From an uncultured virus (IMG/VR IMGVR_UViG_3300006919_000039) (lineage: Duplodnaviria; Heunggongvirae; Uroviricota; Caudoviricetes), in IMG/VR virus record IMGVR_UViG_3300006919_000039: a stretch of 64,000 nt of DNA; one strand, written 5' to 3'. Positions 56,426 through 64,000 of the stretch are shown here, piece by piece; positions within the stretch are counted from its first letter, which is position 1; each line of letters opens with the position of its first letter. The notes beneath the pieces are model-generated. The model was not told the DNA's origin and did no database searches. It saw only the letters and a program-made list of their open reading frames with translations. The position numbers and the translations under genes are program-made.

Positions 56426-57957
56426 ACCATAGCCTCCGCTTCTTTACAAATGTTCCACCAGTCTTCCATTTCTGGATAAACACTTAAAAAATCTGTTCCT
56501 CTTCTTTCATCATGTTGCGTAAAAAATTTATAAAAATTTGCTCTGGCTTTTAGCAGTTCTTCTTTATCCATATTTGCACCTGCTTTCATCCATTCTAAAT
56601 TACGCCTTACCTTATCTATTTCAAAATCTTTAAAACCTCTATAGTCTATATTTACTTCATCTGCTTGATTCATTTCCATAAATGCTATTGCTTCTTCCAG
56701 ATAGTCCTGATAGTAATCTGGAAGTATCTGAATACATTGCCAAAGCGGTGCTCTTAGTAGGGGTATATCGAACCAAACTCTTTGTTTAGGCCTTACTTCA
56801 TAATCTGGGTGTTTGTAATCTCCATTATCTGGAACAGGAATATATTTTATTCCTTGCCTGTCTTTAGCAAACTCCTCTCGCAAATCTAAAATCCATTGTA
56901 AATAATCACGTAGGCTAGTCAAACTTAAAACATTAAATGTATTAATAAATGTAATAGTGCTGTTGTGAGTTTCCCTTAATATTCTTAAAACATTATCCTG
57001 TAGCATAGGAAAATCCATACCATTTCGCATATACTCTGCTTGAGGGCCGTATCCATCACATGATACAAATGTTGCGAAGTTCTTACATGCTGGTGCTACA
57101 TACCAGTTATTCCCTGAGTTTGGATTAAACTTTTCCGGGTCCTCCCATATTTGTATCTCTTCTAATCTTTGTAGCGACTGTATAAACATGTCCATTAATT
57201 TTAGTTTAGGTGGACACATATTTGATGTTACACTCATTTCAAGCCAAGCATTTGGATTTTTATATACATAGTCTAACACTTTAAAAGTATTACTATCCAT
57301 TAATGGTTCACCACCTGTCATACGAAAAACTTCTAAGTTTTTATATAACTCGGGCCACCATTTCCAAAATGCTGTAAGGTATGGATTTTCATCTTGTGCT
57401 ATTTTAGGCGGCATCAAACCTGAATTAGTTAGACTGTCCATATTGTTATGTTCGCCCTGTACAATTTGATAAGGACCATGTTCTTTAATTTCTTTTTCCC
57501 ATGTATTACTTAAATGTGGTGAGCAATAACTACACTTCAAGTTACAGGCCTGATTGAAGTTTACTTCAACATATCTGGGATTTATGTTACCATCAGCACC
57601 TGCTTCTTCTATTTCTTCTCTGGCGTTCTGTGCCCAATATTCACCACTGCGATATACACGATCACTTCTACCACCAACATCTTCTATACGCCAACAATAA
57701 CTACAACCTTCTGGTCGTTCACCTGCTAACATTTGTTTGCGTTGATCTTTTTTCTCAGATGTATTGTGTAGTGCAGAAGGATTTGTTTCTAATTCTTTTA
57801 AATCTATTTTATGTGTCGGAGGATGATAGCAACTATGTGTCATGCCATTAGTAAGGTGCATAGAAACTTGCGTCCACTTTGCATAACACATTGTAGGACT
57901 TATTGCGTCTAATTGTTCCTTGGCCTTGTCTGCGGCCTGATCGTATATACTACTCAT
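56422..57957 (-). CDS. Radical SAM/Twitch protein (#8, AKW/SCYHP subtype)
   Basis: CYAKW..SCYHPP..CSYCW; CNLKCSYC; TGGEP. Confidence 0.9.
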   Translation of the reverse strand: MSSIYDQAADKAKEQLDAISPTMCYAKWTQVSMHLTNGMTHSCYHPPTHKIDLKELETNPSALHNTSEKKDQRKQMLAGERPEGCSYCWRIEDVGGRSDRVYRSGEYWAQNAREEIEEAGADGNINPRYVEVNFNQACNLKCSYCSPHLSNTWEKEIKEHGPYQIVQGEHNNMDSLTNSGLMPPKIAQDENPYLTAFWKWWPELYKNLEVFRMTGGEPLMDSNTFKVLDYVYKNPNAWLEMSVTSNMCPPKLKLMDMFIQSLQRLEEIQIWEDPEKFNPNSGNNWYVAPACKNFATFVSCDGYGPQAEYMRNGMDFPMLQDNVLRILRETHNSTITFINTFNVLSLTSLRDYLQWILDLREEFAKDRQGIKYIPVPDNGDYKHPDYEVRPKQRVWFDIPLLRAPLWQCIQILPDYYQDYLEEAIAFMEMNQADEVNIDYRGFKDFEIDKVRRNLEWMKAGANMDKEELLKARANFYKFFTQHDERRGTDFLSVYPEMEDWWNICKEAEAMV

Positions 57958-58552
57958 TTACATATTCACTTAAATTTACTACTTCTTCTACACCATTATA
58001 TAATTCATAAATTTTTAAGGTATTGTCACTTTCTATTTTTTGTTTTATAATTTTGGCATAATCTTCAAACCTTTCTGGACTTAAACCGCCAGGACTTATG
58101 CCTATAACTTTTAAATTCTCTGTTGCACACGTCATTAATGCTGTTTGCCCTAAACTTCGTAGTAAAGAATATGATAAATTTTGTTTATGTTTAAAAGGCC
58201 ATTGTGTTATACTACTGGTTATTAAACAGAAAGTTATAGGAGTTTTTTGATGTTCTAACCATTTTAAAAGTTTTACTAAAAAACAAAAAACATCATTAAA
58301 GTTTTCAAAAGAAGAAAGTAATTCTTTATTATCAAAATTATAATCTAATATATCTATAGAGGTTCTTTCTTCTATGTTAGCATTAAAAATAACTTTTTTA
58401 GGTGCTTTTTTATTTTCTATAAAACTATTAAAATTACTGTAATCTAAATTTGCTCTTCCAAATTTTTGTACGTTATAATCATTTAATTGTTCAAGTATAG
58501 ATTTAGAGAAGTCTGATGAGACTCCAAACATCCATAACTCATTTTGTTCCAT
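57950..58552 (-). CDS. SDR-like Rossmann protein, degenerate
   Basis: WMFGVSSDFS; ITSS; Y..LRSL; GISPG. Paralog of 7905-8540. Confidence 0.55.
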   Translation of the reverse strand: MEQNELWMFGVSSDFSKSILEQLNDYNVQKFGRANLDYSNFNSFIENKKAPKKVIFNANIEERTSIDILDYNFDNKELLSSFENFNDVFCFLVKLLKWLEHQKTPITFCLITSSITQWPFKHKQNLSYSLLRSLGQTALMTCATENLKVIGISPGGLSPERFEDYAKIIKQKIESDNTLKIYELYNGVEEVVNLSEYVNE

Positions 58553-59550
58553 TATTGAATTAAACCTTTCTCTAATAAATCTTGTATTTGTTTTTCTCTA
58601 ATCATTACACCCCAACGTCTAGGATTTACATAAGTTCTTTTAAAAAACTTACACATTTGCTCGTTAGGATCAAACAACATCATTTCATTAATGCCTTCAT
58701 TTAATCTTAATCCAATATCTTGAATTCCTATGTAAAGCATTTCTGGACTATATGTTACTTTTGAATATTTACAGACTGTGTCTCCTGGAAAACGTGGTAA
58801 AACATCTTTATTAAAAAAGTCTTTGAACCATTCGTAATCAGATATCTGATTGGTGTCCCATTTACTTAACACAGTCATCTCACAACCTAGTCTTGCACCA
58901 TAGATTGCCCACAGGCCGTTCTCTACATCACTGCCTATGTTACACCATGTTTGTAATCTGTTGTAATTTTGCCACCAAATTTTATCTATAAACTCGTCTG
59001 CTCTGACTCTAGCACCTTGGTCCAAACTCATTTTAACACCTTCTCTAAATCCTGCTCTAAAGGCCTGGAACGGTGAGGCCGTTTGATGAACTTCACTAAA
59101 TGTATCATTTAATTGAATATAATTTAATTTCCAACAAAACTCCATACCTTCTTCATCATCAGCCGCTTCATGAGTTTTCATATCCAATACATATTGTGTT
59201 GGCCAACATTTAAGTCCACCATTACCATATACTAATCCGTTTAGAATGTTTTTTGCATTCCAACTAAAAATACTTTCTGATATATCGTTACCATCATGAT
59301 CAGTTTCCGGTACCTCTAAAATTTGCTCAAAGAAATCATCCATAACAATATTATCACCATCTACGGTAATAAATCGGTCAGTTTCGGATTGTTTTGCACA
59401 TGCCTTGTGGGCCGCATCAAAGCCTTTGACTCCATGAACACGTTTTGCCCATGGTACTTTGTTTAGTAAGTCTGCCCAATGTTCTTCACAGTTGGGCTCA
59501 TCGTACGATATGTAGAATATGTCTAGTTCTGTAACATCTATTTTTGCCAT
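58552..59550 (-). CDS. GT-A-like glycosyltransferase
   Basis: ISYDEPN, GVKGFDAAHKA, DxD motif VDGDN, AFRAGFREGVK. Confidence 0.6.
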   Translation of the reverse strand: MAKIDVTELDIFYISYDEPNCEEHWADLLNKVPWAKRVHGVKGFDAAHKACAKQSETDRFITVDGDNIVMDDFFEQILEVPETDHDGNDISESIFSWNAKNILNGLVYGNGGLKCWPTQYVLDMKTHEAADDEEGMEFCWKLNYIQLNDTFSEVHQTASPFQAFRAGFREGVKMSLDQGARVRADEFIDKIWWQNYNRLQTWCNIGSDVENGLWAIYGARLGCEMTVLSKWDTNQISDYEWFKDFFNKDVLPRFPGDTVCKYSKVTYSPEMLYIGIQDIGLRLNEGINEMMLFDPNEQMCKFFKRTYVNPRRWGVMIREKQIQDLLEKGLIQ

Positions 59551-59573
59551 TTGTGTGTCCTGAATTTAAATTC

Positions 59574-60227
59574 TTAAATACACACATATTTATCAAATAT
59601 TTTGATAGTGTATATGCTACATTGATCAAGGTTTTTAGCAATCTTTTTTGTTACTGACTTTTTATCTAATAGTTCTGACAGCAATATATTTACAGTTTTT
59701 ACCATAAAATGTGGGTCGTTTTTGCTGGTAAAGTAAAATTTTAATACTTTTTTACCACTAGCAGTAGCAGTATTATTGTCTATGTCTTTGTATTTTTTTA
59801 AAATTTTATTATGAGGTTTTACTGTAAAGTTTCCTTTACTATACTTTACACTAATATCAAATGTTTTGCTTTTAGAATGTGGTATAAGTTGTAAAAAATC
59901 CTTTTCGTGTTCAACAAAAGGACTTTCAAGTGGCTTTAAATCTATACTAAATACTGTTTCTACTTCGGTGTCTTGTACAACTCTATATAAATTTACATCT
60001 TTTCCTTCTAATATTTGTAATTGTTCAGCAGTAAATATTACACTACGTTCTTTAACTGATTTTTTTCTTTTTTGTTCAGCACTAATTTGTAAAATATTTC
60101 CTTCCATATCAAACCAAACAGTTTGATCTCTGTTTTGATAATGTTCTACTAATTCGTTAAAATTATTAAATTTATTTTTTTCTTTAATAAATCGTCTACG
60201 TCTTTTTTCTGCTTCACTTAATGCCAT
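59574..60227 (-). CDS. Hypothetical protein
   Basis: Long ORF in operon; start MALSEAEK overlaps the upstream stop. Confidence 0.65.
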   Translation of the reverse strand: MALSEAEKRRRRFIKEKNKFNNFNELVEHYQNRDQTVWFDMEGNILQISAEQKRKKSVKERSVIFTAEQLQILEGKDVNLYRVVQDTEVETVFSIDLKPLESPFVEHEKDFLQLIPHSKSKTFDISVKYSKGNFTVKPHNKILKKYKDIDNNTATASGKKVLKFYFTSKNDPHFMVKTVNILLSELLDKKSVTKKIAKNLDQCSIYTIKIFDKYVCI

Positions 60228-61080
60228 AATCTGTCTCAAATTGTTTTATTTTATCAGCACTAAGCCAATCTTTTTCCACATAATGGAAAGGTAAAGACTG
60301 TTTAAAATTACCTATTTTAAAATCTTTATAACTGTTATAGTATGTGGGTAGTGTTTTAGTCCAAGTATCACTTATAGCAACACCCACAATATTCTGTACA
60401 TGACTTTTCATATGTACAAAAGTGGGTACTGTGTCTATATTTTCTCTGGTACACTGATGTTCTATACCTAAAATTTTCATAGCAAGGGCAAATGCCACAT
60501 CTCCACTAAGCCAATCTGGTTTACCTGCCGGCAAATATTTGTAAAACATTCTTTGCCAATGTTGAAAAATTATTTCTGCCATAGCAAATAGTTCACTTGC
60601 TAATTCTGATTTTTTAAAATAAAAAAATGCTGTATATACGTTTGGCAGATCGTTTGCTGTAAACCATGTTCTATAGTAATCACTTTTAGCAACATCTCCT
60701 CTATAAGTTCTAACTTTTGTAGTTGCCCACACATCACGTTGTGACATTATATCCCACCAGTGACTTACATCTGTAGGAAAAATCATATCAGTATCAAGTA
60801 TTACTGTTTCATCGTATGGAGTCATATAGTAATACTTCCACTTGTTATTAATTTTCCATTCTGCATCTGCGGCGTCGTCTTGCCAGGGAATATCTATAAT
60901 ATTATCAAATACTTTTCTGTGTTTGGCTTTGATTTGTTTTTTAGTTTTAGGGTCTACGCATACTGTCAGACTGTTGACCTTGCTCTGTGTTAGTTTTAAA
61001 TTCAAAGCAAGGGCATACGCCTGCTCTAGATAATCAACAGTATCGTTGTTCTGTGCTATTACTATATAGCCTCTACTCAT
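60214..61080 (-). CDS. GT-A (GT8-like) glycosyltransferase
   Basis: TPYDETVILDTD (DxD), FHY; start MSRGY. Confidence 0.7.
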   Translation of the reverse strand: MSRGYIVIAQNNDTVDYLEQAYALALNLKLTQSKVNSLTVCVDPKTKKQIKAKHRKVFDNIIDIPWQDDAADAEWKINNKWKYYYMTPYDETVILDTDMIFPTDVSHWWDIMSQRDVWATTKVRTYRGDVAKSDYYRTWFTANDLPNVYTAFFYFKKSELASELFAMAEIIFQHWQRMFYKYLPAGKPDWLSGDVAFALAMKILGIEHQCTRENIDTVPTFVHMKSHVQNIVGVAISDTWTKTLPTYYNSYKDFKIGNFKQSLPFHYVEKDWLSADKIKQFETDYGIK

Positions 61081-61250
61081 AGTTTTTTCCAATCCTCTCT
61101 AAACAGACAATAACGTTCTTCGCCACTATCTGTTTTATACATAAATTGCATACCCAATATTTCTACAACAACTCCTTCGTTTTGTCTGCCAAAGGCGGGT
61201 TCTTTATGTAGTATTCTATCTCCTAGTTTAGGCTGTTTACTTTTACTCAA
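61077..61250 (-). CDS. 57-aa SH3-like microprotein, TTG start (not in ORF track)
   Basis: LSKSKQPKLGDRILHKEPAFGRQNEGVVVEILGMQFMYKTDSGEERYCLFREDWKKL*. Confidence 0.55.
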   Translation of the reverse strand: MSKSKQPKLGDRILHKEPAFGRQNEGVVVEILGMQFMYKTDSGEERYCLFREDWKKL

Positions 61251-61470
61251 TGGTTACCTCTGCTTCTGTTTCTATTACAACTCTAGCACCACATGGTAGC
61301 AATGGCTTGTCGTTACCACCATAAACAATTTTACTAGGCCCGTGTATTTCTACACTATGTCCATATGTATTACTACGTCCTTCCTTGACTGTAATCACAG
61401 GCTCGTTAGTTCCGTGTTTTTTATTTGCACGAATCTTGTGCATGTTTACATGTATATATTTTTTTGCCAT
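61243..61470 (-). CDS. Small conserved-type phage protein
   Basis: IHVN.H.IRAN..PVITVK..PL..CGARV.IET; SD GAGG. Confidence 0.7.
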   Translation of the reverse strand: MAKKYIHVNMHKIRANKKHGTNEPVITVKEGRSNTYGHSVEIHGPSKIVYGGNDKPLLPCGARVVIETEAEVTIE

Positions 61471-61477
61471 ATTTTCC

Positions 61478-62557
61478 TCATCTTATATGAATATAATTAT
61501 CCTTATTTTTATTTGCTGGATAAATTTCTGCAGATTGATTAATTATTTCCTTAGCAAGATCATAATTATGTTCTAATATTAATTCAGTTTCTTGTGTGTA
61601 TATTTTATTGTGTAGTTTTTCACAAGTAAAACTAGTTAATTGATTTAATACATGATAAATCCTTTTATCATCTTCCATGCTATCATAACTTTCATCAAAA
61701 ATGTGTGGGAATGTTTTAAACCCTAACTTTTGTAACTCTTTTATAGAATTTTTCTGACCTATAATTATAAAAGGCCTTTTATTATAAATACTACGCCAAA
61801 TTTTTTCACTAAAAAAGACTGGTTCCCACCAATTAAATTTTTCTATATATTCGTATTCATGTTCGTAATATGTTTCTGTAACCAGGTCAAAATATGTGTT
61901 ATAATAAATTTCAAAAAATGCGGGTCCTGGATTATGCTTTGTAGGACGATCTTTTATGTTTGTATGACCTTCAAAAGATTTAGGAATTAAATTAATCAGT
62001 TTAGGATCTAGATTTTTATTTAAAGGGTCTACTTCATACCTGGATACCCAACTCCATTCTATTAAGTCAAGTAAATTATTTTCACATAAAAAATTAATAG
62101 TCTTAACTCTGTGATGTTTAGGAACACCAGATAAAAAAGTAAAATATTTTTCTTTTAAATTTGTTTTTCCTTTCTCATAATTATCGCTATGATCGTCAGT
62201 GTTGTCCATGAGCATACCTAACCAAAGAGGGTGATAATTTACTGATTTAAATTTTTTTATTGGATTATTTCTTTCACACCATTGCTCATATAATTCTGCA
62301 CCGTTTGTATTTCCCCACCATAAATTTAATTTATTAGGAGGAAAGTTTACATCTTCACAATGTTTATGTATAAGTGTAAAGAAATCTATATGATTTATAG
62401 CACAATAATCTTCCCTCGATCCTCGAGGATATATACCTCCTTCTCCACTGTGTAGTAAATGGGCTTCTCGACCATTACACATAGCAATTCTACCTTTTAG
62501 TGTATTTTGGAAATCATAATGCTCTTGAGCATGAATTACACATATATTATCTGACAT
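61478..62557 (-). CDS. Glycosyltransferase-like protein (SEK..PF..G..GFKTF..YD family)
   Basis: LVTET; FSEKIWR; RPFIIIG; LGFKTF..FDESYD. Confidence 0.5.
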   Translation of the reverse strand: MSDNICVIHAQEHYDFQNTLKGRIAMCNGREAHLLHSGEGGIYPRGSREDYCAINHIDFFTLIHKHCEDVNFPPNKLNLWWGNTNGAELYEQWCERNNPIKKFKSVNYHPLWLGMLMDNTDDHSDNYEKGKTNLKEKYFTFLSGVPKHHRVKTINFLCENNLLDLIEWSWVSRYEVDPLNKNLDPKLINLIPKSFEGHTNIKDRPTKHNPGPAFFEIYYNTYFDLVTETYYEHEYEYIEKFNWWEPVFFSEKIWRSIYNKRPFIIIGQKNSIKELQKLGFKTFPHIFDESYDSMEDDKRIYHVLNQLTSFTCEKLHNKIYTQETELILEHNYDLAKEIINQSAEIYPANKNKDNYIHIR

Positions 62558-63431
62558 AATCCAATAATTCCTTACTTACTCTGTTTATGGCCCATTTGTT
62601 CATAACATGTAAATCAATGTCTTTCCATTTTGTTAAAATAAAATCTCCAGGACTTTTAGGCTTTTCCAAATACATTATAATAGTGTTTTTGTCTACAGCA
62701 CTATGTATATCGTCAGTATCAAAACTTTTATACAGAGTAGTAGGCAACTGTGGTATTCCTTTATCAGTAAAACCTGACATCATATGAGCGGCAATAGAGA
62801 AACTGTAATCGTTTCTGTATAGAGTACCTTGCCACTTGTATAAGTCACGATAATATTGCGGATTATTTTTTACATGTTTGACGAAGTTAAAAAAACTTTC
62901 AGCATATTCTGTTTTGCGGAAATAAACCACAGTTGCCCAGTACATTGTTATACCTAAATGGTTTAACCTATTTAATGAGGGGTCTTTCCTTTCAAACATA
63001 ATGTCTTGAAAGTTCCAGTTCATCATTAGCTCGTTATTATGACCCCAACATTGATTTAGTGTATCACTTAATATTAAATAATCAACATCAAGTAATATTG
63101 TTTCATCATAAGGTGAGATATCGTAAGCATCGCACCTGTTTACATTATAAAATGGTAAATTTTTAACACTATGACTAGTGTCTTTGTATAATCTAACATT
63201 TGTATTTTTAAATTTTTTATCTTTTTCGATTATAATTATATTACTAATTGCTTTTTTAAGTAGTCTTTTGCCTAGTGTTTTTTCTGCATGTTTTAAACTG
63301 AACGGATCTGTTACTACTGTAATATCTTTTATGCCTAAATTTTTTTGTATTAGTAAAGCATTTACAACTGCTAATTTTATATAATCTATTTCCTCATTGT
63401 TATGAGCAAACATCAATATACCTCTAGACAT
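62547..63431 (-). CDS. GT-A (GT8-like) glycosyltransferase
   Basis: SPYDETILLDVD (DxD); RND; HVMNK. Paralog of 60214-61080. Confidence 0.7.
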   Translation of the reverse strand: MSRGILMFAHNNEEIDYIKLAVVNALLIQKNLGIKDITVVTDPFSLKHAEKTLGKRLLKKAISNIIIIEKDKKFKNTNVRLYKDTSHSVKNLPFYNVNRCDAYDISPYDETILLDVDYLILSDTLNQCWGHNNELMMNWNFQDIMFERKDPSLNRLNHLGITMYWATVVYFRKTEYAESFFNFVKHVKNNPQYYRDLYKWQGTLYRNDYSFSIAAHMMSGFTDKGIPQLPTTLYKSFDTDDIHSAVDKNTIIMYLEKPKSPGDFILTKWKDIDLHVMNKWAINRVSKELLDYVR

Positions 63432-64000
63432 TTTTTAATAACTCCCAACAATGTTTCCAATCTTTAATATGAAATACCTGATGTGGCTCTAAAAGATTTG
63501 CTACAGGATAATCATTACCTGCTTCATCACATCGGTCACCAAAAAATCTTATACTGGAAATATCATAATCATGTACTACTTGGCTTTTATCACAACCTTT
63601 GGCAAAAATATCTATTCCTGTTTCACCACCTACTTTGGCTGAAAGATCTGGAAATGTTTCATTAAATTGTTTGGCTATATCAATTCTTTCATTAACAATT
63701 TTATCCCATTCATGATATACTTTTCTTTGCTCTGTGTTTGCGTTTCTGCCAACCACACTAAAATTTATCATGCCTATCCTGTGTTCAATGTGTAAGCCTG
63801 TTCTAGTAGTAAATTTACTGTTTGTTAATTTTTCTGTTAAAAACTTTTCCGCTTCTGCTGGTAGTTTCCAATCGTTAAACTTAATTTGATTTTCTTTTTC
63901 GTATACATCATTACCACTACAATTATAAACACGTCTACATTTGTTGTATAATGTGGTGCCTATTTGTTCTATTGTTTTAGGTCTGTCACTGCCTGTAACT
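63424..64000 (-). CDS. HAD-IIB (eukaryotic-type) phosphomannomutase-like protein, 5'-truncated by the window
   Basis: Frame open to the window edge: VTGSD..K..EQ, HIEHR.GMINFS..GR, GG..GIDI, FFGD....GNDY. Confidence 0.85.
   Translation of the reverse strand, partial: VTGSDRPKTIEQIGTTLYNKCRRVYNCSGNDVYEKENQIKFNDWKLPAEAEKFLTEKLTNSKFTTRTGLHIEHRIGMINFSVVGRNANTEQRKVYHEWDKIVNERIDIAKQFNETFPDLSAKVGGETGIDIFAKGCDKSQVVHDYDISSIRFFGDRCDEAGNDYPVANLLEPHQVFHIKDWKHCWELLKNV

Noticed and set aside
38623..63665. Short plus-strand ORFs across the minus-strand block
   Set aside because: Each lies within or overlaps well-supported minus-strand genes and has no motifs.
1..64000. Stop-codon reassignment (as in some large phages)
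   Set aside because: Genes are full length in the standard code, and TAA, TAG and TGA all end tightly packed genes.
1..64000. tRNA, rRNA, integrase or transposase genes
   Set aside because: No cloverleaf, rRNA-like or recombinase motifs seen by eye; tRNAscan was not run.

Overview
This window is a gene-dense, AT-rich 64 kb piece of a large T4-related (jumbo-type) dsDNA phage genome. The host is probably an aquatic Gram-negative bacterium, since the phage encodes outer-membrane beta-barrels and a glnA-type riboswitch. Layout: (i) 1-4.6 kb, virion/tail-fibre genes; (ii) 4.6-5.3 kb, a minus-strand unit with a tandem glutamine (glnA-class) riboswitch in front of an unannotated 54-aa basic protein, plus a second structured leader; (iii) 5.9-36.5 kb, mostly plus-strand early and replication genes (family-B DNA polymerase, clamp-like protein, 5'-3' exonuclease, MoxR ATPase and VWA protein, glutaredoxin, CspA). 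These surround a 7-deazaguanine DNA-modification cluster (DpdA/TGT-like, DpdL/QueD-like, FolE, QueE; no QueC seen) that also contains a GT-B glycosyltransferase, GalE and a phosphoribosyltransferase; (iv) 36.4-64 kb, a minus-strand tailoring block with eight Twitch/SPASM-type radical-SAM paralogs, a carbamoyltransferase, UDP-sugar dehydrogenase, degenerate NeuB, methyltransferase, phosphomannomutase, many glycosyltransferase-like genes and several translationally coupled microproteins. Best leads: the phage tandem glutamine riboswitch; a candidate 3'-UTR small RNA (33615-33696) whose loop is complementary to the ribosome-binding regions of several of the phage's own sigma70-driven genes; a possibly glycosylated 7-deazaguanine DNA base; and the radical-SAM array. 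All calls come from reading motifs by eye; no database search was run.
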